Source of the DNA: the human T2T-CHM13v2.0 reference genome, Homo sapiens
Strand: one strand, 5' to 3'
Length of the DNA stretch: 64,000 nt
Assembly (NCBI RefSeq): GCF_009914755.1
Contig: NC_060930.1
Positions 41,977-64,000 of this stretch are shown piece after piece (position 1 is the stretch's first letter; every line of letters begins with the position of its first letter). The position numbers and the translations under genes are program-made. Below the pieces are notes generated by a model, which was not told where the DNA came from, did not search any database, and worked only from the letters and a program-made list of their open reading frames with translations.

Positions 41977-42165
41977 CTGGTCCGAGCTCGCGGGGGCGCT
42001 CCGGCCGGGCCGCTCCGCCGGGCCCGAGGGAGCCGCAAGGGGGGCCGGGGAAGGGGGGTCGTGGGGAGGGGGCTGGCCGGAATGTGCGGAATGAGCCGGG
42101 CTGGAGCGGGAGGCGCCGAGCGCGGAGGAGGGAGCGAGCGGGACGGAAAGTTTGTGTTGAGGAGC
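41977..42165 (-). other. TEAD3: TEAD3 non-coding exon 1 (5'UTR); transcription start approximate
   Basis: Strong donor CAG|GTAAGC at 41977/41976 inside a CpG island; would splice to the exon 2 acceptor at 31787. Confidence 0.75.
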
Positions 42166-42969
42166 CGGGGCGGGGGTGGGGGCTGCGGGAAGGAGGGGGC
42201 GGGGCGCGCAGGGGGCGGTGCTGGCCGGGAGGGGCGGGGCCGTCCAGCCGCGCTCGGGCCGCCTACCCCGCGGCCTCGCGACCCGGCCACCCCGGCTGGC
42301 GCGCGCCTGGGCGCCCCGCTCCTCTCCCGCCCGTGCGGAGCTGCCTTCCTCCCCCTGCGCTCCGGGCCTCGCCCCGCTCCCGGGCACCCGCCGGAATTTG
42401 GGGCTCCGGCCTGGGGCGGGGCCGAGGGCGGAGCCCTCGCCTCGCGGGCAGGGCTCCCGTCGGTGCCGGGGGCCGTGGGTGCCGCGTCACGAGGAGCCCG
42501 GCAGAGCCGGAGCGCACGGGCCCCGGGGCTCCCGGCCCCTCCACCCTAGTCCCGAGCCGCCAAGGCGGAGCGTACCCTCCAGCTCGCGGGCCTGCCCCCC
42601 ACTCCCGGGGCCCCAGACCCGGCTCCGCCCTGGCGGCTGCGCCCGCCCTGCCGGGACCCGGTTTGTCTGGTTCTCCCCGCGTGGCTAGTTTCTCGAATTT
42701 CTTCTCCCTTTCTCCCTCTTCCCCGACCTCCGGGACCCTCCCTTTCGCCCCGGCTCCCCGGGCCCCCACGGGGGGCGTCTCGACGCTGTGCGGCCGCCGA
42801 GTTTCGGTAGGACCCGCGACGGGCGCGGGGAGGGGACGCGGGAGCGCCCGGGGCCTGGGCAGGAGTGGGACGGGGGTTGAGACTTCCAGCTCGCGCCTCG
42901 GACGCCTCCTGCCGCCTCGTTCTCCGCACGCGCTGAGGAACCACCGCTCCGCTTGGCCAAGGACGCGGC

Positions 42970-42975
42970 TTTATT
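42970..42975 (-). terminator. TULP1: TULP1 polyadenylation signal AATAAA
   Basis: TTTATT on + about 430 nt downstream of the TULP1 stop. Confidence 0.8.
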
Positions 42976-43405
42976 GGGGATGTGGGTGCCTGGCCCTCGT
43001 CCCCCATCACCTACCCCCTCCTCCTAGCCCGCCCCAGCTCCTCGGAGCCCTAGCGCGGTCCCGGGGAGAGGGGAGGTTAAAACAACACTGACTACTGCTC
43101 CCGGACAGGAAGTGACTGGGGCGCGGGGAGGAGGGGGGCACAGCGGCGCAGGCGAGCTCCGAGACCAGATGTGCGGCTCCAACTCCAGATGTTCTTCATC
43201 TCCGTCCTACCCGCCGTCCGGGCTCCTCCTGCCTCGGCCTGTGCCAGGCTGGGGAGAGGACGGAGGTCACCGAGAGGCAGTGAGAGGTCAGCCCCGACAC
43301 AGGAGCAGTTTTCCGCGGGAGCTTTGCTGGAGGGACCCTGCCAGCCTCCACTGAATCCTTTCCCCCACGCTGACGGGCTCTGGGGGCGCTGAGGGGCTGC
43401 TGGGG

Positions 43406-57939
<14,534 letters not shown>

Positions 57940-58307
57940 GGTGCCTTTGCCTATCGCACCCCTTTCTCTGCAGGTCTAGGAGCCTCCCTCCCGACTCCTG
58001 CTAATCTCGGCTCAACTTCACCCCCCTTCCCCCTGCTCAAGGAGTGGAGGCCTGGCCGCGCTGTGGGAGGTGCTACAGCCCACGACCCTCCCCTGCTAGG
58101 CCCAGGCCACTGGGGGAAGAATCTCAACTCCAGTTCTTCTCAGATCCCCAGCAGCCTGCAGGATGGCCACCAGCTCCACCTGCCCCGAGAAGCCCCCAGA
58201 AGCTTGGGGTGAGAGGGGCCGATTAGTCATTTGTCAATGGGATGTGGAAGAAAACATTAGACTGGATCCTGTATTTATCTTTATTTCTCACAAAAAATAA
58301 GAACTAG

Positions 58308-64000
<5,693 letters not shown>

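Noticed and set aside
41255-43091. Long Pro/Arg/Gly/Ala-rich ORFs (up to 345 aa) on both strands
   Set aside because: Expected from stop-codon scarcity in an extremely GC-rich CpG island; many overlapping frames and no recognisable domain.

Overview
Human (primate, Alu-dense) genomic DNA recognisable as the chromosome 6p21.31 cluster FANCE(+) - RPL10A(+) - TEAD3(-) - TULP1(-). I rebuilt all four spliced CDSs by hand from GT-AG boundaries. FANCE exons 2-10 are present (exon 1 lies upstream of the window). RPL10A (217 aa, 6 exons), TEAD3 (435 aa from a non-AUG ATA start) and TULP1 (542 aa, 15 exons) are complete. Most entries in the ORF track are Alu-derived or GC-rich noise. This is a well-studied locus and I see no new protein-coding gene. 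The signals most worth following up are RNA-level. (1) TEAD3 has a tandem-duplicated 63-nt exon pair encoding two versions of the TEA-domain recognition helix, next to an abutting QKI+RBFOX motif and a 12-nt microexon. (2) RPL10A intron 3 holds a 28S-rRNA L1-stalk-like element in front of a strong PTC-generating alternative 5' splice site. (3) The TEAD3 AUA start is followed by a strong-context out-of-frame AUG. (4) TEAD3 exon 1 contains a tandem TEAD site. (5) TULP1 has a 6-nt microexon, a (TTGGGG)4 tract and a solo poly(A) retro-insertion with target-site duplication. Repeat coordinates are approximate; gene and family identities come from recall, not from database searches.
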